Counted from the whole stretch's first letter, positions 8,723 through 18,465 are shown. The stretch: DNA of 61,519 bases, filler included, from Coriobacteriales bacterium (GCA_031263105.1; 7 parts of 7 records of this genome joined end to end with filler, not necessarily neighbours in it), one strand, 5' to 3'. Notes: generated by a model not told the origin, from the letters alone. Numbers and translations are program-made.

Positions 8723-9664
8723 CTATATGAGCGCACGCAGGGTGCGGGCGACCACGGCGCTTGCGATGGGAACCTTGTAGGCGTTCGCCGGCAGGGGCGA
8801 GGCCGTCGCGACGGCTGCCTCCCCTGCCCGCTTCGCGCTCTCCTCCGAGATGCCGCCGACGACGGCCGCCTCCGCCTCCAGGGAGCGCAGGGGCGAGGGG
8901 GCGATGCCGCCCAGGACGACGCGGGTCCCCGCCTCGGTCTGGGCGACCGCGCAGTTGACGATGGCGAAGTCTATCGACTTGCGCAGCGCGAACTTGCTGA
9001 AGGCGCTCTTCGCCGCAACCGGGACGCTGACCTGGGTCAGCACCTCGCCGTCCTCAAGCGCACAGGAGCGCTCGCCGTTCACCTTGAAGAAGTCTGCGGC
9101 CGCGATGTCGCGCCGGTCGGTCCTGAAGGTCGCCCCGAGCGCGACGAGGGCCGGCGCCACGTCCTGGGGGCTGACCGCGATGCAGCCGTCCTCCCCGCCG
9201 AATATCGAGTGGTACCGCGCGTCCCCCGTCAGGGCGAAGCAGGTGTCGCCGCCCTTGCGCAGGCAGTCGAAGCGGTTCTCAGGGCTGCGGAAGTACCAGC
9301 AGCGATGGCGCTGGCAGACCGTGCCGCCGAATGTGCCCATCCTGCGGATGGCAGGAGAGGAGACCTTCGCCGCCGCCTGGGCGAGGCAGGCGGCCTTCTC
9401 CTGGACCAGAGCGGAGTCCGCCACGTCCTGGACCTTGGCGAGGGCGCCGATGACGAGGGCGCCTCCCTCCTCCCGGATGAAGTCGAGGTCGGCTATCGTC
9501 TTGAGGTTGATGACCGTCTTGGGGTAGGCCCGCAGGATGTTGTCCTTCAGCGAGCCGAGAAGGTCGGTCCCTCCGGCGATGAAGGCCGTCTGTGCGCCTG
9601 CGGTGCCTGCGGCGTCGACCGCCTGCCTGACGCTGCCTGCGTCGATGTGCCCGAATGCTCTCAT
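8723..9664 (-). CDS. xanthine dehydrogenase family FAD-binding subunit with a [4Fe-4S]-type Cys insertion (PaoB/HcrB-like)
   Basis: IAGGTDL, IRRMGTFGG, RCWYFR...CLRKGGDTC...C, RKSIDFA. Confidence 0.93.
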   Translation of the reverse strand: MRAFGHIDAGSVRQAVDAAGTAGAQTAFIAGGTDLLGSLKDNILRAYPKTVINLKTIADLDFIREEGGALVIGALAKVQDVADSALVQEKAACLAQAAAKVSSPAIRRMGTFGGTVCQRHRCWYFRSPENRFDCLRKGGDTCFALTGDARYHSIFGGEDGCIAVSPQDVAPALVALGATFRTDRRDIAAADFFKVNGERSCALEDGEVLTQVSVPVAAKSAFSKFALRKSIDFAIVNCAVAQTEAGTRVVLGGIAPSPLRSLEAEAAVVGGISEESAKRAGEAAVATASPLPANAYKVPIASAVVARTLRALI

Positions 9665-11976
9665 GATGCGTCCTCTCCTATCTTCCCAAGGGCCCGCAGT
9701 ATCTTGTCGGGGGTGGCAGGCGCCGTCTCCAGATAGCTGCCGATGGCGTTTTGCACCGCCAGGGCGATGAGGAGCCTGCTGAAGTGCGCGTGCGCGACCC
9801 CCACGGAGCCGTAGGCCCCGCCGCCGCAGCGCGTCTCGACGGGCACGGCCTGGAAGGGCGGCTGGTCGAGCTGGGTCGAGACCTTGTAGTCGAGCAGGTT
9901 GCCGTTGAGCAGCACGCCGGTCTCCTCGTCCCAGACAAGCTCCTCGCGCAGCGCCCCGCCGCAGGACTGCGTGAGGGCGTTCTCGAGCTGCCCGAACGCC
10001 GAGGAGGGCCGTATGACCTTGCCGAAGTCGTGGGCGCAGACGTAGTCGAGCACCTCGACCTCGCCCGTCTCAGGGTCGACGGCGACCTCGACGAAGTCGG
10101 CCGTCATCGTGCGCAGGGTCTTGAGGCTGTCGTCGTATGCCGTGGGCTTGCCGATGAAGTTCACGGCTATGTGGGTCCCGATGTCCGCGAGCCTGAAGCG
10201 CTTCTCGGGGTTGTCGGGGTCGGTCCTGTCGAAGAGCTCCGAGCCCTTGATGTCGGCGTTGGCGACGTCTATGCCTCGTGCGGGGGCGACGGCCTCCAAG
10301 TAGGACGCCTTGAGCTTGAGGGCGGCCTCCTTGGCGGCCCAGGTCACGCTCGAGCCTCGGTCGGCCGCGTCCCCGTTCGTCCAGTTGGGATAGTTGGCCG
10401 CATAGTAGACGACGACGTCCTCGGGCGCGGTGCCGAACTCCTCGGCGATGACCAGGGCGGCGGCGTCCGGCCAGTAGGTGCCTATCTGCCCTTCGGCATA
10501 GGGGAGGTAGAGCCTGCCGTCGGGACGGATGCTCAGCGAGATGTTGTAGTTGATCATGCCCCAGGTGATCGCGTTGCGGGGCACGACGGCGATGCCGTGC
10601 AGCCTGCCGTCCTCAAGGGTCTTCTCGCCGGGCAGGTGCCACTTCGCGTCCCAGCCGATCGCCTTCTTCCCGGCCTCGATGCAGGCCTCAAGGCTCGGCT
10701 TGGTGGTATGGACGTTGTCGAGGATGACCTGGGTGGGATCCTTCTTCAGCTCGGTCGCTATGACGTGCAGGGCCAGCGAGACCGGCTCCCAGCGGTTCGC
10801 GCCGGGGTCGGCGGTCGTGGCGGCGCCGTTCGTCACCATCTGGTGGTAGACCGAGTGGATGTTGGGGCAGCTCGTCGCCCTGAAGGCCGTGCTCTGCGGA
10901 GGGAGCACGAGATGCCCGTTCGTCTTGTCGCCGTAGCCGCCACGGGCGCCCGACTGGTGCACGTTCTCGTTCTGCACGGCCACGAGCCGCCCGTCGTCCG
11001 TGAAGCCGATGCGGGTGCGGAAGTAGCTCGCCGGCACTGCGGCGTCGAAGGCGTTGCGGCGCGTGTACCAGTAGCGCACGGGCCGCCCGCCGAGGCGACG
11101 GGAGAGCAGCGGGGCGAGTTGCGCCCCGCGCTTCTCCTGAAAATCACAGTAGCGGGCGCCCATATGGGGGGTCAGCACGCGCACCTGGTCGTCCCCCAGC
11201 CCAAGCCCCAGGATGGCCGAGCCCTTGGGGCCCTGGTTGGTGAAATGGGAGTCGTTGCAGACATAGAGGGTCTGCTTGTCGAGGTTGCCGAAGGGGTCCG
11301 GCGCCCACCATGACAGGTAGGCGGCGGGCATGGGGCGCATCTGCGACCACATGGGCCAGCCGTAGGCGAACTCGACGATGTGGTCGGCCTGCTTGAGGCC
11401 CTCCTCGACGTTGCCGTCCTCCCAGACGTTGGGGGCGCCGAAGGTGTTGCCGGCGAGGTTGGAGTACTGGTTCATCTCGGGCCGCAGCACCGGGGCGTCG
11501 GTGGCGCGGGCGTCGCGGGGGTCGGTGACATGCGGAAGCACCGTCCACTCGACCTTGACGAGCGCAAGCGCCTCCTCGCAGAGCTCCGGCGTGCGCGCGA
11601 CCACGACCACGCCCACCTCGTCGCCCTCGTACTCGGCCTCGGTCCCCAGCAGCGGGCTTGCGCCCAGCAGGAACCACGGGCTTATCTTCACGGGGCTGGC
11701 GGCGATCTCCGCGTCCTCATGGGTCAGCACGAGCTCGACCCCTTCGAGGGCCTCGGCCGCCGAGGTGTCGAGTATGCGCACCGTCGCGTGCCCGTAGGGG
11801 CTGCGCAGCGCCTGCGCGTGCAGCATGCCCGGCGCGGTGAGGTCGCGGGGGAACTTGGCCGCCCCTGTGGCGAGGTCGAAGGAGAAGCGCCCGGGATGGT
11901 TCCAGGTTCCCACTATCGAGAAGTCCTCGCGCTCCTGGTTGTGGCCCTCAAGGGCCCATTCACTGGTCTTTCCCAT
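9661..11976 (-). CDS. xanthine dehydrogenase family molybdopterin-binding subunit
   Basis: ATGAAKF, LRSPYGHA, EVAVDPETGEV, HDFGKVIRP, NGNLLDYK. Confidence 0.93.
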   Translation of the reverse strand: MGKTSEWALEGHNQEREDFSIVGTWNHPGRFSFDLATGAAKFPRDLTAPGMLHAQALRSPYGHATVRILDTSAAEALEGVELVLTHEDAEIAASPVKISPWFLLGASPLLGTEAEYEGDEVGVVVVARTPELCEEALALVKVEWTVLPHVTDPRDARATDAPVLRPEMNQYSNLAGNTFGAPNVWEDGNVEEGLKQADHIVEFAYGWPMWSQMRPMPAAYLSWWAPDPFGNLDKQTLYVCNDSHFTNQGPKGSAILGLGLGDDQVRVLTPHMGARYCDFQEKRGAQLAPLLSRRLGGRPVRYWYTRRNAFDAAVPASYFRTRIGFTDDGRLVAVQNENVHQSGARGGYGDKTNGHLVLPPQSTAFRATSCPNIHSVYHQMVTNGAATTADPGANRWEPVSLALHVIATELKKDPTQVILDNVHTTKPSLEACIEAGKKAIGWDAKWHLPGEKTLEDGRLHGIAVVPRNAITWGMINYNISLSIRPDGRLYLPYAEGQIGTYWPDAAALVIAEEFGTAPEDVVVYYAANYPNWTNGDAADRGSSVTWAAKEAALKLKASYLEAVAPARGIDVANADIKGSELFDRTDPDNPEKRFRLADIGTHIAVNFIGKPTAYDDSLKTLRTMTADFVEVAVDPETGEVEVLDYVCAHDFGKVIRPSSAFGQLENALTQSCGGALREELVWDEETGVLLNGNLLDYKVSTQLDQPPFQAVPVETRCGGGAYGSVGVAHAHFSRLLIALAVQNAIGSYLETAPATPDKILRALGKIGEDAS

Positions 11977-11977
11977 G

Positions 11978-12751
11978 TCAGTTGCCTCCCTTGAGCGCCC
12001 CTGCGGCCTCCTGTATGGCGCTGACGTGGCGCGAGTAGGTCCCGCAACGGCAGATGTTGCCCGAGAGCGCGAGCCGTATGTCGTCTGCGCTGGGAGAGGG
12101 GTTCTGCGTCAGGATGTACTTGGCCATCGTCAGGTTGCCGGGCGTGCAGTAGCCGCACTGCATCGTGTCCCACTTCACGTAGGCGTCGACGAGGGGCGCC
12201 CATGCGGGGTCGGCGGCGATCCCCTCGACGGTCTCTATGAGCCTGCCCTCGCATTCGACGGCAAGGGTCGTGCAGGAGAGCGCCGGTGCGCCGTCGATGA
12301 GCACCGTGCAGGAGCCGCACTCGCCCCTGCCGCACATCTCCTTGGCGCTGCCCGTGAGGCCCACGGCGTACTGCAGGGCCTCGCGCAGCGTCCACTGCGG
12401 CTCGACCTGCACCACGTACTGTGCGCCGTTGATGCTGAGGCTCATGGCCTCGGGCACCACGCGCTCGGGGTGGTTCTGTGCGAAATGCTCCTTCAGGCCC
12501 TCGTAGGTGGCAAAGGTCCTGCCGTCGAGCGGACAGGTGTAGAGCAGCTCGCCGTCGAGGGCGCTTGCGGCCGAGGCGCCCTCATCGGCGCCCGGCGCAC
12601 AGCCGACCAGCGAGGCGAAGCCTGCCGTCGCGCCGCCCGCTGCGACACCCGCCGCCAGGGCCGCCGCGAGTCCCGAGCCTTTGAGGAAGTTCCTGCGCGA
12701 TACCGCATGGGCATCGACGTGGGGGTCTTCCCTCCTGGAATCCGTGTCCAT
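11978..12751 (-). CDS. 2x[2Fe-2S] subunit with a Tat (lipoprotein-like) signal peptide
   Basis: ATG at 12751 after GGAGGAGG. SRRNFLK twin-arginine motif, LVGC, CGRGECGSCT, QCGYCTPG, GNICRCG. Confidence 0.93.
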   Translation of the reverse strand: MDTDSRREDPHVDAHAVSRRNFLKGSGLAAALAAGVAAGGATAGFASLVGCAPGADEGASAASALDGELLYTCPLDGRTFATYEGLKEHFAQNHPERVVPEAMSLSINGAQYVVQVEPQWTLREALQYAVGLTGSAKEMCGRGECGSCTVLIDGAPALSCTTLAVECEGRLIETVEGIAADPAWAPLVDAYVKWDTMQCGYCTPGNLTMAKYILTQNPSPSADDIRLALSGNICRCGTYSRHVSAIQEAAGALKGGN

Positions 12752-12947
12752 TCCTCCTCCTTCTCTTCCATTCGTCGTTCGCGGGTGAGGAGGAAGGGCC
12801 GTCGCAGGCGTCGCAGGCATTGCAGATGTCGCAGGCGTCGCGAAGCCCCTCCGTACCTGAAGATGATACGGAGCGCAGGAAGCGGACGCCTAGTCCAATT
12901 GGAGTAGGGGGATGGGGTATCCTTCTGTTCGGGGGAATCCGTTTGTC

Positions 12948-13106
12948 GTTACTGTGCACACCCCCACTGTCATCCCGAGCCTGCCGAGGGATCTTCGGCC
13001 GCGCAAGCGGTCGACTGCGGCTGAAGGGCGCTTCGACCTGCGGTCGGCTGCCTTGCAGCCGAGGATCCCTCGGCAGGCTCGGGATGACAGTGGGGGTGCG
13101 AGTAAC
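12948..13106. mobile_element. MITE-like element copy E3 (159 bp, core subtype B)
   Basis: GTTAC...GTAAC ends; direct repeat CGTTTGTC at 12940-12947 and 13107-13114. Confidence 0.9.
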
Positions 13107-13141
13107 CGTTTGTCGCCCGTACCGCCCCGTGCTGACAGGGG

Positions 13142-15832
13142 TCAGGCGATGAGGCCCCGGTCGCGGGCGCATTTGATGGCCTGCACGCGACCGTGCACGT
13201 CGAGCTTCGCGTAGCAGTTCGCAAGATGGGTGCGCACGGTCTCGTAGGATATGCTGAGAAGGTCGGCCACCCCTCGGGTCGTCAGGCCGCTGTCGAGCAG
13301 GCCCAGCACCTCGAGCTCGCGCTCGGTCAGGGGCGCGGCGGCCGCTGCGGCCGCAGAGGCTGCGGCGGCGGCGGCGGCACCGCCCTGCGCGGGGGCCAAG
13401 GCGCGTTGGAGCCGGTGCCTGAAGCCCTGGGGGAGGCCTGCCCCCTCGTCGAGGGCAAGGCAGCGGCGGAGCAGGTCCTCGATCATCACATCCCAGTCGA
13501 CGAAGGCCCTCACGTAGCCCTGCCCCTGCGCGATGTGCAGGGCCTTGAGCAGGTCCTTGAGCGCCGAGCGGCGAAAGCCGCCCTGCTCCAGGATGACCGC
13601 GTTCAGCACGAGGGCGTTGGTCGTCTGGAGCGGGTAGCCCTCGAAACAGGCCTCGAGGAGATAGGCGACCAGCTCGAGCGCGCGGGGCGCCATGCCCTCG
13701 TAGAGGTAGCTGACCGCAGCGCAGTGCAGGGTCGCTATCCTCTGTAGCGCGAGGAGGGGACGCACGTCCGCATCGAGCAGGCCCTGCGCCTCGGAGCGCA
13801 ACGCGGCAAGCGCATCGGGGGGGAGCATGCGGAGACGGTCGAGGCGTCGCATCTGCGGCACCGTCCGACAGACCGAGCGGTAGAAGACGGGGTCGAGGGC
13901 GAAGGCCTCGCCGAAGCAGGCAGCCGCCTCGGCAGCGTCGCCCGCCGCCTGCTCGATGATGCCCCGGCAGGCCCAGGCCTCGGCCGTCAGCCCGGACACC
14001 TTCAGGTACTCGCTCACCTGGATGCCGAGCTCGAGGTCGCCCTTCGCCCCCTCGAGGTCGTTGCGCTCGTAACGCACCATGCCACGCGAGACATAGGCCA
14101 TGCCGTACATGGGGATGGTGGGGTTCTCGGGATAGACCGAGAGCGCGGCCTCCACCGTCTGGACGGCCTCGTTGAACAGCCCCTGATGGCGTTGCAGGCT
14201 CGCAAGGTTCGACAGGGCGGATACCTGCATCTTGCGGGAACGGGCAAAGCCCTGGGTCTCGCACAGGTGCAGGAACTCCCGGTAGACCGCATGATAGTCG
14301 TCCAAGTGGCCCGCCGTCACCTGGGTCTGGCGCACCATCGCGCGCAGGTAGCGTTGGTCGTGCGAGAGGAGCTCGAGGGCACGTGCGCAATAGGGGGCCG
14401 TCTCGTCGAAGAAGCCGTTGATGGAGCATACGAAGGCGTAGACCACGTACAGCTCCCCCAGCCTGTCGCGCAGCGCGGCGACGGCAGGGCCGTCGTCTCC
14501 CTGCGCCTCCTCGAGGCGCCTCCGGTAACGCTCGGCCACAGGCCCCAGGTACGCAAGGGCCTTCCGGTAGTTGCCCATAAGGCCCTCCACGAAGCCCTGT
14601 GCCATGCTGAGCACATCGACCCTGTGGACCAGCGACGAGGGAAGCCAGGTGAGCCATTGCGACAGGGGGCCGGTGTCGGTCTGGAATATCATCTCGAGCC
14701 GGTTGTCCTCGAACAGCTGGATGGCGCTCCCGTAGTCCTCGAACCGTGCCGCGAGGCGCAGTGCGCCGTCGAACAGCCCGTTGCGCCTGTACCAGCGAAA
14801 CGCACGACCGTACAGCGCCTCGATGCCTTGGGGGCGGCCCTCTCGCAGCATGGCCTGGAGCACCTCGCTGAAAAGCTGATGGTAGCGGAACCAGCCGCAC
14901 TTCTCGCCAAGCTCCGTGATGAAGAGGCCCGCCTCCTTTATGCGCTGCAGGAGACCCAGCGCCTCGTCCTCGCCGATGGCAAGCACGTGGGCGCAGAGCG
15001 GGGCGTTGAAGGTCTCGAGGAAGCTGGTCTGGACGAGGAAGTCGCGCACGTCCGTGCCCATATCGACGAACACCTCCTCCGAGAGGTATTCCGAGATGAA
15101 GGAGTGCGCGTTGTGGAGGGCGCCCCTTGCGCCCCTCTCCTTCGGGTCGGAGCCCGAGATGGCTATGAGCCGAAGGCCGACGGCCCAGCCGTTGGTGCTG
15201 TCGCACAGGTCGCGCGCGGCCGCAGGGCCGACCGATGCGTACCCCACATGCTCCAGCAGCGCAAGGGTCTCGTCGGGGTCGAAGCCCAGCTCCCTGACCC
15301 CCAGCTCGAGCAGGTCGTCATGGACGCGCAGGCGCGACAGGGCGAGCGTGGGGGCCAGGCGGCTCGCGATGACGGTGTGGACATTGGAGGGCAGCCGGTC
15401 GATGAAGCCTTGCAGGAAGTCCCGGAAGGCCGGGACGTCGACCGCATGATAGTCGTCCATCACAAGGACGATGTCGTGGCCGTAGTTCGCTATCTTGTTG
15501 AACGCCCTTGTGAGGTAGGCCTCGACACTCTCGTCGTCCAGCACCGCAGAGAGCATGGACACATCGGAGAAATGCCGGGGGTCGTATGCGTTGAACGCCG
15601 TCGCCAGCAGGCGGAAGAAGCGGGGCGGATGCGCGTCGGTCGCCTCGAGCGAGAGCCACACGACGTCCTTGTCGTGACTGTGCGCCCACTGGGCAAGCAG
15701 CACCGTCTTCCCATAGCCTGCCGGCGCGACCACGAGGGAGAGCCGACGGTCGAGGAGCCCGTCGAGGAGCCGCAGCGCCCGCACGCGCGGAATCTGGAAG
15801 CCGAGCGGGCGAGGGATGTTCGCATGTTTCAC
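13142..15832 (-). CDS. MalT-like LuxR family ATP-dependent transcriptional regulator
   Basis: Walker A APAGYGKT, LVMDDYH, GWAVGL, WFRYHQLF, C-terminal LTERELEVL HTH. A GTG start at 15832 is likely. Confidence 0.93.
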   Translation of the reverse strand: MKHANIPRPLGFQIPRVRALRLLDGLLDRRLSLVVAPAGYGKTVLLAQWAHSHDKDVVWLSLEATDAHPPRFFRLLATAFNAYDPRHFSDVSMLSAVLDDESVEAYLTRAFNKIANYGHDIVLVMDDYHAVDVPAFRDFLQGFIDRLPSNVHTVIASRLAPTLALSRLRVHDDLLELGVRELGFDPDETLALLEHVGYASVGPAAARDLCDSTNGWAVGLRLIAISGSDPKERGARGALHNAHSFISEYLSEEVFVDMGTDVRDFLVQTSFLETFNAPLCAHVLAIGEDEALGLLQRIKEAGLFITELGEKCGWFRYHQLFSEVLQAMLREGRPQGIEALYGRAFRWYRRNGLFDGALRLAARFEDYGSAIQLFEDNRLEMIFQTDTGPLSQWLTWLPSSLVHRVDVLSMAQGFVEGLMGNYRKALAYLGPVAERYRRRLEEAQGDDGPAVAALRDRLGELYVVYAFVCSINGFFDETAPYCARALELLSHDQRYLRAMVRQTQVTAGHLDDYHAVYREFLHLCETQGFARSRKMQVSALSNLASLQRHQGLFNEAVQTVEAALSVYPENPTIPMYGMAYVSRGMVRYERNDLEGAKGDLELGIQVSEYLKVSGLTAEAWACRGIIEQAAGDAAEAAACFGEAFALDPVFYRSVCRTVPQMRRLDRLRMLPPDALAALRSEAQGLLDADVRPLLALQRIATLHCAAVSYLYEGMAPRALELVAYLLEACFEGYPLQTTNALVLNAVILEQGGFRRSALKDLLKALHIAQGQGYVRAFVDWDVMIEDLLRRCLALDEGAGLPQGFRHRLQRALAPAQGGAAAAAAASAAAAAAAPLTERELEVLGLLDSGLTTRGVADLLSISYETVRTHLANCYAKLDVHGRVQAIKCARDRGLIA

Positions 15833-15922
15833 GTGTCCGTCCTTCCTGCGCCCATTGTACTGCAAACCGCCCTGCCGAGGGTGCCTTTTGATAAACTGGA
15901 TGAGATGCGGCGGACAGGGGCC

Positions 15923-16152
15923 TCACACCCCACTGTCGTTCCGAGCACCCTCCACTGTCATCCCGAGCGTAGCGAAGCGAAGCCGAGGGATCTTTGGTCG
16001 CAAAGCGACCAACCGCAGCCGGGAAGCGCTTCAACCTGCGGTCGGCTGCTTCGCAGCCGAAGATTCCTCGGCTGCGGGGCTTCGCCCCTACGCTCGGAAT
16101 GCCAGTGGGGGGCTCGGGGCGGCAGCGGGGGGAGGGTGGGGGGCTCGGGGCG
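15923..16152. mobile_element. MITE-like element copy E4 (variant arms, cut by gap)
   Basis: TCACACCCCACTGTC...CTGTCATCCCGAGCGTAG...CTACGCTCGGAATGCCAGTGG; core shared with E3; no GTTAC end. Confidence 0.75.
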
Positions 16153-16252
16153 NNNNNNNNNNNNNNNNNNNNNNNNNNNNNNNNNNNNNNNNNNNNTTAA
16201 TTAATTAANNNNNNNNNNNNNNNNNNNNNNNNNNNNNNNNNNNNNNNNNNNN
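16153..16252. other. artificial contig spacer
   Basis: N44-TTAATTAATTAA-N44 (stops in all six frames). Confidence 0.99.
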
Positions 16253-16929
16253 TAAAGGGTGAGGATACGCCTTTTGATGCGATCGACCTGCTCCAGGTTT
16301 CCCGTTCCGAGGAATTCAAGGACAGCCTGTGGCATACCTCCGATAAGCATATACTTCCTAAAATCGTTCATCACGCGCCGGTGCAACGCTTGGCCGAGTG
16401 GGGCTCGTTTCTCAAAAAACATCCGCAGGGCAGGCACGGTCGCATCATCGTCCAAGGCCCAGAGGAACTCTTCGAAGTCCAAGGGGAACATCTCGACGTG
16501 TTCTTCCTCCGAGGGGATGACCACGCTCTCGTTGTTTTGTCTGAGGGTGATGAGCGAGCCGGTTTCGATATAGTCGTATCGGTGGTCAGCGACGAGGTGC
16601 TTTATCAGCTGCCGCGCAAGGGGGTATTGCTGGACCTCGTCAAACACTATCACGGAACCTCGCTCATGGAGCGGGGTGCGGTAGTAGGCGGATAGTTTGA
16701 GGAAAAACGTGTCGAGGTCGGCACTGTCTTCCTCAAAGATGGCGAGGACCTGTTTGGGTACCTGTGCGAAGTCGATGAGGATATAGGAGCGGTACTCGTT
16801 TTTCGCAAAAGCCTTGCTCACATAGCTTTTACCAACACGCCGGGCACCGTCGATAAAGATGGCTGAAGCGCCATTGTCCTTTTGCTTCCATTCGAGCAGC
16901 CTGTCGTATATCTTCCTTTTCAGAATCAA
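16253..16929 (-). CDS. AAA_14/DUF4143-type ATPase, 3' truncated by contig end
   Basis: GARRVGKS, FDEVQ, YIETGS, MFPLDFEEF, YMLIGGMP; RBS GGAGG. Confidence 0.9.
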
Positions 16930-17043
16930 TGATATCCTCCACCTTGCACGTAATGTCGATTATATATATTAATAATTATACACATAATGACGCTTACTAC
17001 AAGCATTGAAGACGCACAAAATGACATCTGATAGACGGTATCG

Positions 17044-17115
17044 GTTACAGTTCACACCGTCGCCAGCCGGGTGCCAATTCCCCTCCGAGGGAGGGGAATT
17101 TGGCACCCTGTGACC
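17044..17115. repeat. element-type left end joined to a different hairpin (E5); may act as a terminator of the DegT gene
   Basis: GTTACAGTTCACACC, then the stem GGGTGCCAATTCCCCTCC / GGAGGGGAATTTGGCACCC (17069-17108), then TGTGAC. Confidence 0.6.
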
Positions 17116-17127
17116 TCATATGACCCC

Positions 17128-18249
17128 TTACAGGCACTCCCGTATCGTTTGGGTGATGAGGACGAGGTCGGTTTCGCTGAGGTAGGGATGCATGGGGAGG
17201 CTGAAGGCCCGCCTTGAGAGGTCCTCGCAGACAGGCAGGTCGCCCTCGTGATAGCCCAATGCGGCATAGGCCGTCGAGAGGTGGAGGGGGGTGGTGTAGT
17301 ACACGGCGGTGGGGACGCCTTTGTCTTTGAGCGCCGCGAGGATGCGGCTGCGTTCGTCTGCGTCCTTTGCCAGGAGGGTGTACTGGGCCCAGGTCGAGAC
17401 CAGCCCGTCGGGCACCGTGGGCGTGACCAGCAGCCCTTCGAGCTCGTGGGTGTAGGCAGCGGCGATGCGGTTGCGCTCGGCGATCTCCTGTTCGAACAGG
17501 TCGAGCTTCGAGAGGAGGACCGCCGCCTGGAGGGAGTCCAGACGGCCGTTCAGCCCTATGCGCACGTTGTCGTACTTGTCGGCGCCCTGGCCGTGGACCC
17601 TGACGGAGGCAATGAGGGCGGCGAGGTCGTCGTCATCGGTGAAGATGGCGCCGCCGTCCCCGTAGCAGCCGAGCGGCTTTGCAGGAAAGAAGGAGGTCGC
17701 TGCCACCGTGCCGAAGGAGCCGGCGGTCCTGCCATGGTAGCTGCCGCCGAATCCCTGGGCGGCGTCCTCGATGACGAAGAGCCCGTGGGCGCGTGCCACC
17801 TCCTCGATGGCGCGGTAGTCGGCGGGCTGCCCGAAGAGGTCGACGGGCATGATGCCGCGTGGGCGCAGCCTGCCGGCGGCGAGGGTGTCGTCGACGGCGC
17901 GCCCGAGGCTGCTGGGCGAGAGGTTGAAGGTCACAGGGTCCACGTCGACGAACACCGGCGTCCCCCCTGCCAGCGTGACGCTCTCCGCCGAGGCGAAGAA
18001 CGTGAACGCGGGGACGAACACCGCGTCGTCCTTCTCAAGGCCGAGCGCCATCAGGGCGATGACGAGGGCGTCGGTGCCGCTCGAGCAGGAGAGCGCGTGT
18101 CTGACTCCCGCGAAGGCGGCAAGCCGCTCCTCGAGCTCGATGACCGGCGGTCCCATGATGAACTGCTGGCTCTGCAAAACGGCGTCGATACGGGCGCGCA
18201 CGTCGTCTTCGATACGCTCGAACTGCGTGCGGAGGTCGATGAACTGCAT
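17128..18249 (-). CDS. DegT/DnrJ/EryC1/StrS aminotransferase (WbpE/GnnB-like)
   Basis: MQFIDL start, SSGTDAL, IEDAAQGFG, SFFPAKPLGCYGDGG, NGRLDSLQAA. Confidence 0.95.
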   Translation of the reverse strand: MQFIDLRTQFERIEDDVRARIDAVLQSQQFIMGPPVIELEERLAAFAGVRHALSCSSGTDALVIALMALGLEKDDAVFVPAFTFFASAESVTLAGGTPVFVDVDPVTFNLSPSSLGRAVDDTLAAGRLRPRGIMPVDLFGQPADYRAIEEVARAHGLFVIEDAAQGFGGSYHGRTAGSFGTVAATSFFPAKPLGCYGDGGAIFTDDDDLAALIASVRVHGQGADKYDNVRIGLNGRLDSLQAAVLLSKLDLFEQEIAERNRIAAAYTHELEGLLVTPTVPDGLVSTWAQYTLLAKDADERSRILAALKDKGVPTAVYYTTPLHLSTAYAALGYHEGDLPVCEDLSRRAFSLPMHPYLSETDLVLITQTIRECL

Positions 18250-18300
18250 GGTTACTCCCAGTGGGCAAGGACACAAGAAACGGACGGACTCAGATATCCG

Positions 18301-18465
18301 GTTACACGTCACACCCCCACTGTCATTCCGAGCCCCGCCGAGGAATCCTCGACCGCGCCAGCGGTCGACCGCAGGTCGAAGGGTCCCCTGGCCTGCCGTC
18401 GGACACTGCGTGTCCAAGGATTCCTCGGCGGAGCTCGGAATGACAGTGGGGGTGTGACGTGTAAC
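18301..18465. mobile_element. MITE-like element copy E6 (165 bp, best-preserved)
   Basis: 49-bp terminal inverted repeat with one mismatch; flanks GATATCCG (18293-18300) and GATATCCA (18466-18473). Confidence 0.92.

Noticed and set aside
12801..12841. 9-bp GTCGCAGGC reiteration upstream of the 2Fe-2S gene
   Set aside because: Short, imperfect and GC-rich; it cannot be distinguished from simple slippage, and nothing supports a regulatory role.
5840..16204. Long plus-strand and alternate-frame ORFs (e.g. 7391-9736, 12582-15206, 14186-16204; likewise 24142-27102 and 38769-41054)
   Set aside because: These are shadow ORFs of high-GC genes: Arg/Gly/Pro-rich, without motifs, and overlapping well-supported CDSs.
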